A stretch of 64,000 nt of DNA. It comes from Eubacterium sp. GTDB taxonomy: Bacteria; Bacillota; Clostridia; Lachnospirales; Lachnospiraceae. The position numbers and the translations under genes were made by a program. A model generated the notes under the pieces. It was given only the letters and a program-made list of their open reading frames with translations, ran no database searches and was not told the origin of the DNA. Positions 50,620-60,365 of the stretch are shown piece by piece (the stretch's first letter is position 1; the number at the start of each line of letters is the position of its first letter). The stretch spans positions 3,928-67,927 of the forward strand of contig JAILOU010000018.1 of the NCBI GenBank assembly GCA_024690665.1, in the 5' to 3' direction.

Positions 50620-51310
50620 TCTTATAGCCCTTTCCCCAAACGGTCTGAATCAGCTTGCTGTCTTTTGGGTCATCCCCAAGCTTCTTGCGTAGATTTCGAA
50701 TATGCACCATCACCGTGTTATTCGATGTATAAAAATATTCTTCTTTCCAGACAGCCTCATAAATCTGTTGAACCGAAAACACTTCTTTCTTATTAGATGC
50801 CATCAAAAGCAGAATCTGATACTCCATCTCCGTAAGCTTGATTTTCTTACCATTTCTCATCACCGCATGAGCCAAAAGGTCAATCTCGATGTCTCCCGAC
50901 AACCGGATTCTATCTTTTTGATCTGCCTGCTCTTTTGAGCCATACTCCCGGTAACGACGAATCATCGCATTCACCCGCATGGTCAGTTCGCTATACGAAA
51001 ATGGCTTTACCAGATAGTCGTCTCCGCCCGCTGTAAATCCTTTTTCTTTATCTTCTTCCATAGACTTTGCCGTCAGAAACAAAATCGGCGTCGCGTATGA
51101 CTCCCGAATCTTTTTACAGGTCTCATAACCATCTAATTCAGGCATCATAACGTCCAATATAATCAGATCAACATCTTCATTCATCTTATCTAATAGCTGC
51201 GCACCACTTGATGCTTCTATCGTGCGATAACCTTCACTTTTTAACAATAACTGAAGCACTTCCCGAATTGATGCATCATCATCGGCAAATAATATCGTTG
51301 CACTGCTCAT
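50612..51310 (-). CDS. OmpR-family response regulator
   Basis: ADDD, LDVMMP, DDYLVKPF, VHIRNLRKK, TVWGKGY. Confidence 0.95.
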   Translation of the reverse strand: MSSATILFADDDASIREVLQLLLKSEGYRTIEASSGAQLLDKMNEDVDLIILDVMMPELDGYETCKKIRESYATPILFLTAKSMEEDKEKGFTAGGDDYLVKPFSYSELTMRVNAMIRRYREYGSKEQADQKDRIRLSGDIEIDLLAHAVMRNGKKIKLTEMEYQILLLMASNKKEVFSVQQIYEAVWKEEYFYTSNNTVMVHIRNLRKKLGDDPKDSKLIQTVWGKGYKIE

Positions 51311-51383
51311 GGTTTTTAACCTCCCAAATCAGTCTCTTGACTTTGGCTTTATTATAGCCTAATTTCCCAAAGATAGAATCGCT

Positions 51384-51438
51384 CTTAAGAATTCTTAAGA
51401 AACTTACTACTTCCTTCTTAAGAAACTTTTGCTACAAT
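51384..51438 (+). promoter_or_regulatory. CTTAAGAA direct repeats (OmpR-type sites) and an extended -10 for the GT2 operon
   Basis: CTTAAGAA at 51384, 51394 and 51417; TGCTACAAT at 51430-51438. Confidence 0.55.
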
Positions 51439-51460
51439 AAGATAGGATAAAGGAGCGATT

Positions 51461-52783
51461 ATGAATATGTTTTTTACGAATATTGAGGCGATGTCACAAC
51501 TGGAAATCATAACCAGAATCCTTAACTGGACAATCCTGGCATCGTTTATTATCTGTTTTGTATATATGGCAATCTTCTTTTTTGCCAAATTCAGATCTTG
51601 GAAACCGGCGGTGAAATCCACCACCCAAAATCGTTTTGCCGTTTTAATTGCCGCAAGGAATGAAGCCGCAGTTCTCGGGAATCTCCTTGACAGCATTCAC
51701 GCACAAAACTACGACCAGTCCATGATTGACATCTATGTCGTGGCCGACAATTGTACCGATCATACCGCTACCGTAGCGCGCAATCACGGAGCCATTTGCT
51801 TTGAACGTTTCAACGACGTAAAAAAGGGGAAGAGTTATGTTCTTGAATATATAATTGGCAAATTGCAAAAGTCCGGCGATTTCTACAACTACGATGGTTT
51901 TATGATATTCGATGCCGACAACCTCTTAGACCCTGATTTCTTTCAGGAGATTAATAATACCTTCTGCATGGGCTATGACGTTGTCACAGGTTATCGTAAC
52001 AGCCAGAATCTGACAGCCAACTGGATTTCTTACGGGTATGGACTTTGGTTCATGCACGAAGCAGGATTTCGCAATCGCGGAAGAATGCTCACCGGCACTA
52101 GTTGTATGGTTGCCGGAACCGGCTATGTCATTAGCCGCAAGGTTCTAGAGCAGCGCAATGGATGGAACTGGCATTTATTAACAGAAGACATTGAATTTAC
52201 GGCAGATTGTATCTTACATGATGTTAAGATTGGCTACAATGAAAAGGCTGTCTTTTATGATGAACAGCCAATTTCACTTGCTGCTTCTTTTACACAGCGA
52301 ATCCGCTGGGTGAAAGGCTATCTGCAGGTATTTACCAGATATGGACGCAAACTTTTATCCAAGGCATTTCGCAAGCACTCCTTATCTGCATATGATATGC
52401 AGATGTCTTATGTGCCGGCATTTTTCATTACCATTTACGCGGTACTGGTTCATGTTGTATTGCTGACGGTCGGAATTACGCATTCCATGGATATGTCTTT
52501 CACGGTATTTTCTTGCTTTATGCTTCCGTTTAAGACTTATCTGACGCTGCTTGCCTTTGGTATTTACACCTTTATCTGTGAGCATGAACACATGCCTCGC
52601 ATTGGACTTAAACATCTTTTGTACCTTTTGATGTTTCCAATTTATATGTTTACCTATTTCCCAATTGCAATCCTTGCAATCTTCAAGAAAGCGCAGTGGA
52701 AGCCGATTACCCATGGTAATACTACCGGCAGCGACGCCAAAAAGGATTACGATTTACACACATCTGTGAACAGAACGGCTTAG
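51461..52783 (+). CDS. membrane GT2 glycosyltransferase
   Basis: IAARNE, ADNCTD, FDADN, LTEDIE, QRIRW. Confidence 0.9.
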   Translation: MNMFFTNIEAMSQLEIITRILNWTILASFIICFVYMAIFFFAKFRSWKPAVKSTTQNRFAVLIAARNEAAVLGNLLDSIHAQNYDQSMIDIYVVADNCTDHTATVARNHGAICFERFNDVKKGKSYVLEYIIGKLQKSGDFYNYDGFMIFDADNLLDPDFFQEINNTFCMGYDVVTGYRNSQNLTANWISYGYGLWFMHEAGFRNRGRMLTGTSCMVAGTGYVISRKVLEQRNGWNWHLLTEDIEFTADCILHDVKIGYNEKAVFYDEQPISLAASFTQRIRWVKGYLQVFTRYGRKLLSKAFRKHSLSAYDMQMSYVPAFFITIYAVLVHVVLLTVGITHSMDMSFTVFSCFMLPFKTYLTLLAFGIYTFICEHEHMPRIGLKHLLYLLMFPIYMFTYFPIAILAIFKKAQWKPITHGNTTGSDAKKDYDLHTSVNRTA

Positions 52784-52796
52784 GGAGGGCAACATA

Positions 52797-53870
52797 TTGA
52801 GTCAGAATATAAACGAAGCACAGCAGCAACCGGCTAAGATTTCAAGAAAATCTGTTATCATCGGTGTTGTCATCTTAGTTGCTGCGATTGCATTAACTTT
52901 TTATACGATTATCAAAAACTTAAGCGGACATGATATCATAGCAACGCTGAAACAGGTTTCACCACTTGTAATTGTTATTGGACTTGTCATGATGCTGCTA
53001 TTTAGCTTTTTTGAAGGTCTAAACATGTATCGTGTTCTTAAGCTTGCCGGCTATCCGGTCACTTTATGGACTACATGGAAGTACGCCATCGTCGGATTTT
53101 TCTACAGTGGCATCACACCTTCCTCATCAGGCGGTCAGCCAATGCAGATTTATTACATGTATCAGGATAACATCCGTCTTTCGCATGCCCTTGGCGCCGT
53201 AATCATGCAGTTGTTTGGTCATGAAGCCGCCAACGCCCTGTTCGGCCTTGTCGGTTTTATTGCGTTAAACCATATGATTGTTGGCACCATCGGTCATCTA
53301 AAGTACCTGGTCTGCTTTGGTATCTTAATCAATGTTGCTTACTTTTTCTTTCTTGCTTTATGCTTGTTTTCCCAAAAAGCAATTACCTTGATTAAGACCT
53401 TTTTAACCTGGTTTATCGGTTTGTTTGACCGAAAGAAATCGGGCAAATTGCAAAAGAAGATTGGCAACATTCTCGATGAGTACAGTTCCTTGCATGACTT
53501 AATTAAGCAAGATCGCACCATCGCCATTAAAACGATTATCACTGCCATCTTGCAGTTTATATGCCTCTACAGCATTCCGGCTATCGTATACTTTGGATTT
53601 GGTTATACCGATTTTAACTTTTTTGAAATTGAACTATTACAGGGAGTCATCTTCATCTCAGTCGGATTTATCCCGATTCCGGGTTCTGCCGGTGTCTCTG
53701 AGGGCATGACATTGATGCTGTTTCGACTGCTATATCCGGCGGCAACACTTGGCGGCGCAGTTCTCTTAGGCAGATGCTTAAGCATGTACTTTACGCTGAT
53801 TTTATACTGCATTATTTTATTTGTCTTTATATCTATCTTTAAAGTACTAAAAAACAGACGCAACAATTAA
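52797..53870 (+). CDS. lysylphosphatidylglycerol-synthase TM domain (UPF0104, flippase-like) protein
   Basis: ITPSSSGGQP, IPIPGSAGVSE; multiple TM helices; TTG start after GGGAGG. Confidence 0.85.
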   Translation: MSQNINEAQQQPAKISRKSVIIGVVILVAAIALTFYTIIKNLSGHDIIATLKQVSPLVIVIGLVMMLLFSFFEGLNMYRVLKLAGYPVTLWTTWKYAIVGFFYSGITPSSSGGQPMQIYYMYQDNIRLSHALGAVIMQLFGHEAANALFGLVGFIALNHMIVGTIGHLKYLVCFGILINVAYFFFLALCLFSQKAITLIKTFLTWFIGLFDRKKSGKLQKKIGNILDEYSSLHDLIKQDRTIAIKTIITAILQFICLYSIPAIVYFGFGYTDFNFFEIELLQGVIFISVGFIPIPGSAGVSEGMTLMLFRLLYPAATLGGAVLLGRCLSMYFTLILYCIILFVFISIFKVLKNRRNN

Positions 53871-53920
53871 ATAATCTGTTCCGATTCTTACATTATATGG
53901 TATGATGAGATAAAGTATCG

Positions 53921-53962
53921 AAACAAAGGCGTTTCATTCCTTAGGAATGAGCGCCTTTTTTT
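53921..53962 (+). promoter_or_regulatory. terminator overlapped by an ANTAR-like hairpin in the leader of the PPDK_N gene
   Basis: AAAC-AAAGGC-GTTT hexaloop hairpin overlaps the 5' arm of AAAGGCGTTTCATTCC-tta-GGAATGAGCGCCTTTTTTT. Confidence 0.55.
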
Positions 53963-53983
53963 GCGTTAAAGGAGGGTCAAATT

Positions 53984-56554
53984 ATGACAGCTTTTGAACG
54001 AGTAAAAAGCGGAATTCCGGAAATGGATGCGGCACTTGACAATATTCGACTGGGTGACAATGTTGTTTGGCGTGTCGGGGAACTAGACCAGTTCAAGATG
54101 TTTATGACACCTTACATAAAACAGGCGATCCGTGACAATCGCAATATCATTTACTTTCGATTTGCTGCTCATGAGCCTCTTATCGAAGACTACCCGGAGA
54201 TTACGACTGTACACGTGCCACTCTCTCACCGGTTTGAGACATTTACGGTTGATATCCACAATGTGATTGAAGAGCAGGGCCACGACGCCTTCTATGTCTT
54301 CGACTGTCTGTCCGACCTTCAGATTGCCTGGGCAACGGATCTTATGATGGGGAATTTTTTTAAAGTTACCTGCCCGTTTTTATTTTCCTTAGATACCGTA
54401 GCATTCTTCCCAATCATCCGCGGTAAACATTCTGTGCAGGCCGTCACCAAAATCCTTGATACAACGCAGTTGTTCTTCGACGTATATGCCGATGAAAAGA
54501 ACATCTATGTAAGACCGGAGAAGGTCTGGCACCGGGAGCTGGATAATATGTTTCTCCCACACATCTATAATCCCCAAACAAATGAGTTTCGGCCGATTTT
54601 AGACGGTGTCAGAGCAAGCCATTTCTACCAGGCTCTCGGTCTGGCTCAGCGTTCCGTTGAAGAGCAGTATTCTGACTCCTGGGATCGCTTTTTTAAGAGC
54701 GTCAAAAGACACCGGGAAAACAATGAAAATATCGATGATCAATGCATACAGATGTGTAATGTGATGATGACCCGCGATGATAAAATGCGCGAGCTCGTAC
54801 GAAAACATTTTACCCCGGAAGACTATTTTGCTGTCAGAGATCACATGATCGGGACCGGCATGATTGGCGGTAAAGCCTGCGGTATGTTGCTTGCGAGAGC
54901 CATTATTTCCAATAAAGAACCATCCATTGAAAGCGTTCTTGAACCTCACGATTCTTTTTACGTTGGTTCCGACTTATATTATACCTATCTCGTGGACAAC
55001 GATTTATGGGACATCCGTGTTAAACAGCGAACCGACGACGGGTATTTTAATCTTGCAGAAGAGTTTGCCGTGAAAATAAGATCCGGCACCTTTTCTGAAG
55101 CTATGCGTGAGCAATTTGTCCGTATCATCGAATACTATGGACAAGACCCTTACATCATTCGCTCAAGCAGCATTCTTGAGGATGGTTTTGGAAATGCTTT
55201 TGCCGGGAAATACGAGTCTGTCTTTTGTATCAACCGCGGGAGTCTCAAGGAACGGTTAAACGAACTAGAAACAGCTATTAAAGTTGTCTACGCCAGCACC
55301 GTCAGCCTGTCTGCTCTTGACTATCGCAAACGCCGCGGGCTCGACAAACGCGATGAACAGATGGCTCTTTTGATACAGCGTGTATCCGGTTCTTACTACG
55401 GTTCTAATTATATGCCGTGTGCCGCCGGCGTAGGATATTCCTACAGTCCTTATAAAATCATGAAGGATACGGACCCTTCTGCCGGCATGCTAAGACTTGT
55501 AACAGGTCTTGGAACCTCCGCTGTTGATCGAACAGAAGGCTCGTATCCGAGAATTGTGAATCTGGATATGCCGGAGAAGACCTCTTACTCTTCTTCCGCA
55601 GATAAACACAAATTCTCTCAGGGAAAAGCCCAGATCATCGATATGGCCAAGCGTACGATGAAACAGCTGGCCATCGAAGAACTCGAACCTGACATCCCGC
55701 AGTATCTTGACAAACTGCTTTTCGAACACGACCACGAAGCCGAACGCAGATTGCGTGAAATTGGTCGCCGCAGAGAGGTTAAGTTCATCTCGTGTAAAGG
55801 CCTGGTCGCCAACAAAGTTTTGATGAACCAGATGAGACGCATGCTTCGTTGCATTCAGGAAGAATATGATTACCCGGTTGATACTGAATTCACCATCAAC
55901 ATCTCCGAAGACGGCGAATATTCCATTGACCTGTTGCAGTGCAGACCTCTTCAGGTTCCAACCGTTAAAGGCTCAGCCGTTATCCCGGATAATCTAAAGG
56001 ACGAACAGATTCTTCTTGAAAGCAGCGGCTCTTCCATGGGTATGTGCAAAGCTACCCAGCTTGATATCATTGTTTACGTCGATGCAATCAAGTATTACAA
56101 CATGCCTTACAAGGACAAAGACCTTGTTGCGAGGCTGATTGGTAAGATTAACTGGCAATATCACAACCAGGAAAAACACATGATGCTCATTGTACCCGGC
56201 AGAGTCGGTACCTCCTCGCCGGAACTTGGCGTGCCTACGAGATTTTCCGACATCAGCGGCTACAGCGTCATATGTGAAACCGAGGAATCAAGAGCCGGCT
56301 ATAATCCGGAATTGTCCTACGGAAGCCATATCTTCCAGGACCTTGTAGAAGCTGAAATATTGTATACCGCCGTCTTTAACAACAAAAACACAAAACACTT
56401 TCACCCGGAGAAGCTAACCCTTTCCCAAGATATCATTACTGATTTTGAGAAAAATGAAGTGCTTAATGATATCGTTCATGTATATGATGTGTCTGATCGA
56501 AACTGTATGATTTATAACGACATCACCAACGAACACCTTGTCATTACCTGTTAA
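53984..56554 (+). CDS. PEP/pyruvate-binding (PPDK_N, ATP-grasp) domain protein with degenerate KaiC/RecA-like N-terminus
   Basis: IGGKACG, IIRSSSILED...FAGKYES, LLQCRP, GRVGTSSP, SYGSH. Confidence 0.85.
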   Translation: MTAFERVKSGIPEMDAALDNIRLGDNVVWRVGELDQFKMFMTPYIKQAIRDNRNIIYFRFAAHEPLIEDYPEITTVHVPLSHRFETFTVDIHNVIEEQGHDAFYVFDCLSDLQIAWATDLMMGNFFKVTCPFLFSLDTVAFFPIIRGKHSVQAVTKILDTTQLFFDVYADEKNIYVRPEKVWHRELDNMFLPHIYNPQTNEFRPILDGVRASHFYQALGLAQRSVEEQYSDSWDRFFKSVKRHRENNENIDDQCIQMCNVMMTRDDKMRELVRKHFTPEDYFAVRDHMIGTGMIGGKACGMLLARAIISNKEPSIESVLEPHDSFYVGSDLYYTYLVDNDLWDIRVKQRTDDGYFNLAEEFAVKIRSGTFSEAMREQFVRIIEYYGQDPYIIRSSSILEDGFGNAFAGKYESVFCINRGSLKERLNELETAIKVVYASTVSLSALDYRKRRGLDKRDEQMALLIQRVSGSYYGSNYMPCAAGVGYSYSPYKIMKDTDPSAGMLRLVTGLGTSAVDRTEGSYPRIVNLDMPEKTSYSSSADKHKFSQGKAQIIDMAKRTMKQLAIEELEPDIPQYLDKLLFEHDHEAERRLREIGRRREVKFISCKGLVANKVLMNQMRRMLRCIQEEYDYPVDTEFTINISEDGEYSIDLLQCRPLQVPTVKGSAVIPDNLKDEQILLESSGSSMGMCKATQLDIIVYVDAIKYYNMPYKDKDLVARLIGKINWQYHNQEKHMMLIVPGRVGTSSPELGVPTRFSDISGYSVICETEESRAGYNPELSYGSHIFQDLVEAEILYTAVFNNKNTKHFHPEKLTLSQDIITDFEKNEVLNDIVHVYDVSDRNCMIYNDITNEHLVITC

Positions 56555-56585
56555 AAAAGGCGGTGGACTTTCGTCCGCCGCCTTC
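56554..56585. terminator. terminator between convergent genes
   Basis: AAAAAAGGCGGTGGAC-tttc-GTCCGCCGCCTT. Confidence 0.7.
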
Positions 56586-56589
56586 ATAC

Positions 56590-57456
56590 TTATTCTGTCT
56601 TCTTTTCTACTTTCTCGATGTCCTCCGACTGGTCTACAGTCAAATCAAAATCACTAAACATCGGTGTGTCCGGAAGCTGCATATTAAAGCCATCCGTATA
56701 ATCCCAGGCAAGCGTTGCACTCTCAAATTCCATACCCAGAACGTGGCCTCCTTTTGTTTTATCCGAAGAAACAAAATGCAGATGCCAGCCGGTTGCATTT
56801 AAATCCGACATGTACTCCGGACAATACAGACCAACAATCGTACCTTCACAGTCTTCATAGTCATAGAAGGTCTGGTCGGTTTCCAGCACCGTCGCAAGTG
56901 GTTCATATGGTTCTTCCTGCTCGTATTCGCTGCGGACATTAATTTCATCAAAGGTTCCATCAATCCGGATTGCATAGAATCTGTTTTCTCCAAGTTCTTC
57001 TACCTTATCATCCAAGAGCGCTATCAGAGCGTCAAAGTCTGTGACATGTTCTAGTTCCTGCGTCTCATCTTCCTCAAAGAATGTGACATCGGAAAATGGT
57101 ATCGTCTCATCATCTTCTACCACTTCCACGCTTCCATCTCCCGCCGCGCGGTAGACTTCGCCGTCAAGCATAATCAGCTCACCATTTAACGCATCAAAGG
57201 TTCCAAGCCCGATATCTCCATGCTCTTTAAGTTCTGCCACGGTTATGCTTCCGTAGTAATCGCCAAGCGTCAGTCCTTGTAATAACGACACCTGATAGAG
57301 CGTGTCGGTATCTGTCGCCGTCGTTTCTTGTGTAGCAGTCTCTGTGTCTGCACTTGAGGAAGCCGCAGATTCCGTTGTTGTTTGATTTGACTGGCAGGCA
57401 CATAACGAAAATGCAAATGCTGCAATGCCCGCAATCGATAATATTCTTTTTCTCAT
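56590..57456 (-). CDS. budA: alpha-acetolactate decarboxylase with lipoprotein signal
   Basis: LYQVSLL, HGDIGLGTF..LNGE, GWHLHF...GGHV; N-terminal lipobox LCAC. Confidence 0.85.
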   Translation of the reverse strand: MRKRILSIAGIAAFAFSLCACQSNQTTTESAASSSADTETATQETTATDTDTLYQVSLLQGLTLGDYYGSITVAELKEHGDIGLGTFDALNGELIMLDGEVYRAAGDGSVEVVEDDETIPFSDVTFFEEDETQELEHVTDFDALIALLDDKVEELGENRFYAIRIDGTFDEINVRSEYEQEEPYEPLATVLETDQTFYDYEDCEGTIVGLYCPEYMSDLNATGWHLHFVSSDKTKGGHVLGMEFESATLAWDYTDGFNMQLPDTPMFSDFDLTVDQSEDIEKVEKKTE

Positions 57457-57519
57457 GAGTATCCCCCTTTTTTTAACTTGCGTATATTGTAGCACAAAAG
57501 GACTATATTTTGTTAATTT

Positions 57520-58119
57520 TTATTTTCTCACAATTGCAATCGCACACGGCATCCTGCCATCTACCAGTTCGAATTCCACGTCTTCATATCCCATATCTGC
57601 ATAGAATTTTTGATACGCCGCATAGTCAAACTCTTTCTTAAAGTCCGCCCCCAGCATTTCCAGTATTCTCACAAACAGATTCGGTTTACCGTTTTTTTCT
57701 TTATTAACATAAGTCGGTATAATGACCGTTCCACCTGTTTTACAAGTTCTAATCAGCTCTGATAATGCTTCTTTCGGCTGATCAAGCAGGTGAATCACAT
57801 TGCCTGCCACAACCTTGTCAAATGTCTCATCCTTGCATCTAATCTGCATAATATCCGTTCTTCGCACCTTCGTATTCCCATATTGTTCCAGATTCTTCTT
57901 CGCCTTTTTTAGCATACCTGTCGAAAAATCTGTAGCAATCAGGTACTTACATCTAGGAGCAATCCCCTTGCTAATCATGCCCGTTCCGCAAGCGCATTCT
58001 AAGACATAATCATCCGGTTTAATCATGTCTGAAACCTCTTTGACGAGTTTTTCATTTACCTCTTTGTTGTAAATATTTTCAAATAAATCATATCCAATTG
58101 CTGCTTTGTCCCAAAACAT
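57520..58119 (-). CDS. class I SAM-dependent methyltransferase
   Basis: VLECACGTG, TDFS..ML, FDKVV. Confidence 0.88.
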   Translation of the reverse strand: MFWDKAAIGYDLFENIYNKEVNEKLVKEVSDMIKPDDYVLECACGTGMISKGIAPRCKYLIATDFSTGMLKKAKKNLEQYGNTKVRRTDIMQIRCKDETFDKVVAGNVIHLLDQPKEALSELIRTCKTGGTVIIPTYVNKEKNGKPNLFVRILEMLGADFKKEFDYAAYQKFYADMGYEDVEFELVDGRMPCAIAIVRK

Positions 58120-58231
58120 AGCTATGCCTCCTTAAGATTAGTCGTCACTTACTTTATATATATTAACACAAAAATAGACGAAGAGTCCGCTTAATTAGAC
58201 CCCTCGTCCATTTTAATTCTACTTTATGAAA

Positions 58232-58888
58232 TTACTCTAATACCTCAGCTTCTAATGCTTCATATTCTTCTTTGGTAATATCCTGGTCATTCTTATAGTA
58301 TTTTTTATTTCCGTCGTCTTCCCAGTCTTCCCACCCAAAGTTGAAGGAATCTACAATATCCAAATTGCCATCATACTTTGTTAATTCATAAGTACATCTG
58401 CCTTCATGCGAAGTATCACTATGGACAATCCAGTATGCATCCTTGTATTTTGTATAATCACAGACTGCAGTCGTGCCTTCTCCACGAGCAAAGCAAACAA
58501 CCTTTCCGTCCTTGCAGTCAAAGCAAGTGTAACCATAGATTTCATTCTCCAGGATAAATTCCACTTCACCATCATTATCCAAATCAACCGGATCTGCCAC
58601 AGTCACATATAAATTAGGATCAATTTCATCTTCTGCCGTTCCTTCAAACTGGAAATAGCTTGCATCCATAGATTCTCCATCGCTATCGGCAATCTTAACT
58701 TCAGCCTTAATTGTCCCGGCACAAAATGCTTTAAACAACTCTTCCGGACTCATCTCGCTTGATGTCTCATCGGAAGAAGTACTTTCAACTTCCACTACAT
58801 CAGCAGACGATTCATCGCTTGCAACTTCTGCTTTTCCACATGCTGTTAACAGTCCCATACACATCAAAACACATATTACTCTTTTCAT
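58232..58888 (-). CDS. acidic lipoprotein of unknown function
   Basis: Lipobox LTAC; DLDNDGEVE DxDxDG-type motif. Confidence 0.75.
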   Translation of the reverse strand: MKRVICVLMCMGLLTACGKAEVASDESSADVVEVESTSSDETSSEMSPEELFKAFCAGTIKAEVKIADSDGESMDASYFQFEGTAEDEIDPNLYVTVADPVDLDNDGEVEFILENEIYGYTCFDCKDGKVVCFARGEGTTAVCDYTKYKDAYWIVHSDTSHEGRCTYELTKYDGNLDIVDSFNFGWEDWEDDGNKKYYKNDQDITKEEYEALEAEVLE

Positions 58889-59044
58889 AACTCTTCATCC
58901 TCTCTTTCACATTACTCAATAAAATGTTCGTGTGTTTTTCATATTACTTACATCTCCTACCCCTGTCAAGAATTTTTATCAAAATCATGATTATTTCGTT
59001 ACTCCACTACGCGTCTTGTTTCATTTGTGATTTTTTTAAACAAT

Positions 59045-59495
59045 AATCAATCCGTAAATGAAGCTCGCATGAAAGAATGCCATAAGATTCTGAAAAAAAA
59101 CGGGCGCCTTATTAGCGGCAATGAAAGAAGATCATCCGTTCCTTACATCAGACTCCGACTTTTGCTTCGCAACTGTCTTATCGCTGACCGATAAAAGTGT
59201 GGATCAAATCGTCGAAGAACTTGAGACTACCTTTCAGAATTTAAAACCCAATTTCAAATATCACGATAATGCCATTCACTCTCTCAGCCAGGTGCTGACA
59301 AGCTATGCCGGCGACCCTGACGACAAAGCTGAGCGTTCTCTTACCCTCTATGAAGCGCTGAGAGTTGCAGGTATAAAATACGGCAAAGAAACAGAACTTG
59401 CTTCTCTCGGAACGCTGCTTCGCGTAAAGATGGCTCCGGATGTTCTGGCTAAGGAGATTGCCGAAACATCCGACTATCTAAAGAGCAAGCTATAA
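59045..59495 (+). pseudogene. DUF4003-like gene remnant (internal deletion/frameshift, truncated ends)
   Basis: NQSVNEARMKECHKILKKNG is out of frame with MKEDHPFLTSDSD...; no RBS or full N-terminus; stops 3 bp from the convergent nuclease gene; family recognised from memory. Confidence 0.55.
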
Positions 59496-59498
59496 ATT

Positions 59499-60287
59499 TT
59501 ATCTTAGATATTTATCCACTAATTTCTTCACAACTTTCGAATCCAAGGTTTCCTGCGACGTCTCAAATGTTAGAATTAATCGTTCTCCCGGATATATCCC
59601 ATTCTTTTGATAATTGTTGATCTTTTTTATCGCATTTTGCACATAGTCCGCTTTATCCATCATACCCTCATGTTCCCAATATAATTCTTTTCTGTATTTT
59701 TTTGAGAAAAATGTAAAATCAGGATAAACAACTCCATATCCTGCTAAATTCAATGGTTTTTCGTACTTATACAAAATATCATTTCGATAAAAGTAGTCCG
59801 CAAGAATTTTTTCTGATTTTGACCTTACACGTTCTCCTTTTTCTGTTAGAATCACCGGCGTTCCCTCTCGAAAACCTTTCCCAAAATAGGACTCCGTATA
59901 CCACCGTTCCTTCAATTGGTTATAGGTTGGTTCTACCGGTATTATCAATTTCTTTCTCTCCGGGTGCAATTTCTCAAACAGTCTCTCCACCTCATCATCA
60001 CTATAACCTTCCAAACATCTTGTAATAAGCTTAACTCTTTTTTCTGTGGCTTTAATGACAGAACTACAATAGGCTTTTTGTGCTAATAGCTGCGGCAACT
60101 CCTTATTATCCTTCTGAATATACTCTCCATACTTGTTATCTTTGCAATGATAATATCTGACCTTACCATTGTCGACTGAAATACGAAGCCTTCCTTCAAG
60201 TGTTAGATTGTTTTCTTTTTTCACCTTTGCAAGAATGCTTTCTAAATATTCTTTCTCTTTTAATAACATTTCCTTTAATCCATTCAA
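59499..60287 (-). CDS. orphan PD-(D/E)XK nuclease (Vsr/DUF559-like C-domain) with uncharacterised N-terminal beta and helical region
   Basis: TTG start with AAAAGGAGG RBS; GERVRSKSEKILAD, YKYE, YPDF, YWEHEGMMD; visibly AT-richer than neighbours. Confidence 0.75.
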   Translation of the reverse strand: MNGLKEMLLKEKEYLESILAKVKKENNLTLEGRLRISVDNGKVRYYHCKDNKYGEYIQKDNKELPQLLAQKAYCSSVIKATEKRVKLITRCLEGYSDDEVERLFEKLHPERKKLIIPVEPTYNQLKERWYTESYFGKGFREGTPVILTEKGERVRSKSEKILADYFYRNDILYKYEKPLNLAGYGVVYPDFTFFSKKYRKELYWEHEGMMDKADYVQNAIKKINNYQKNGIYPGERLILTFETSQETLDSKVVKKLVDKYLR

Positions 60288-60365
60288 TTAGTTTCCTCCT
60301 TTTTATGAATTATGTTTTCGTGGGATTTTAAGTCTCCTTGCCCTAGCCTACGCTTTGCTTAGAGG

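Noticed and set aside
53984-56554. ppsA/ppdK assignment
   Set aside because: No recognisable phospho-His swivel motif or C-terminal PEP-utiliser barrel.
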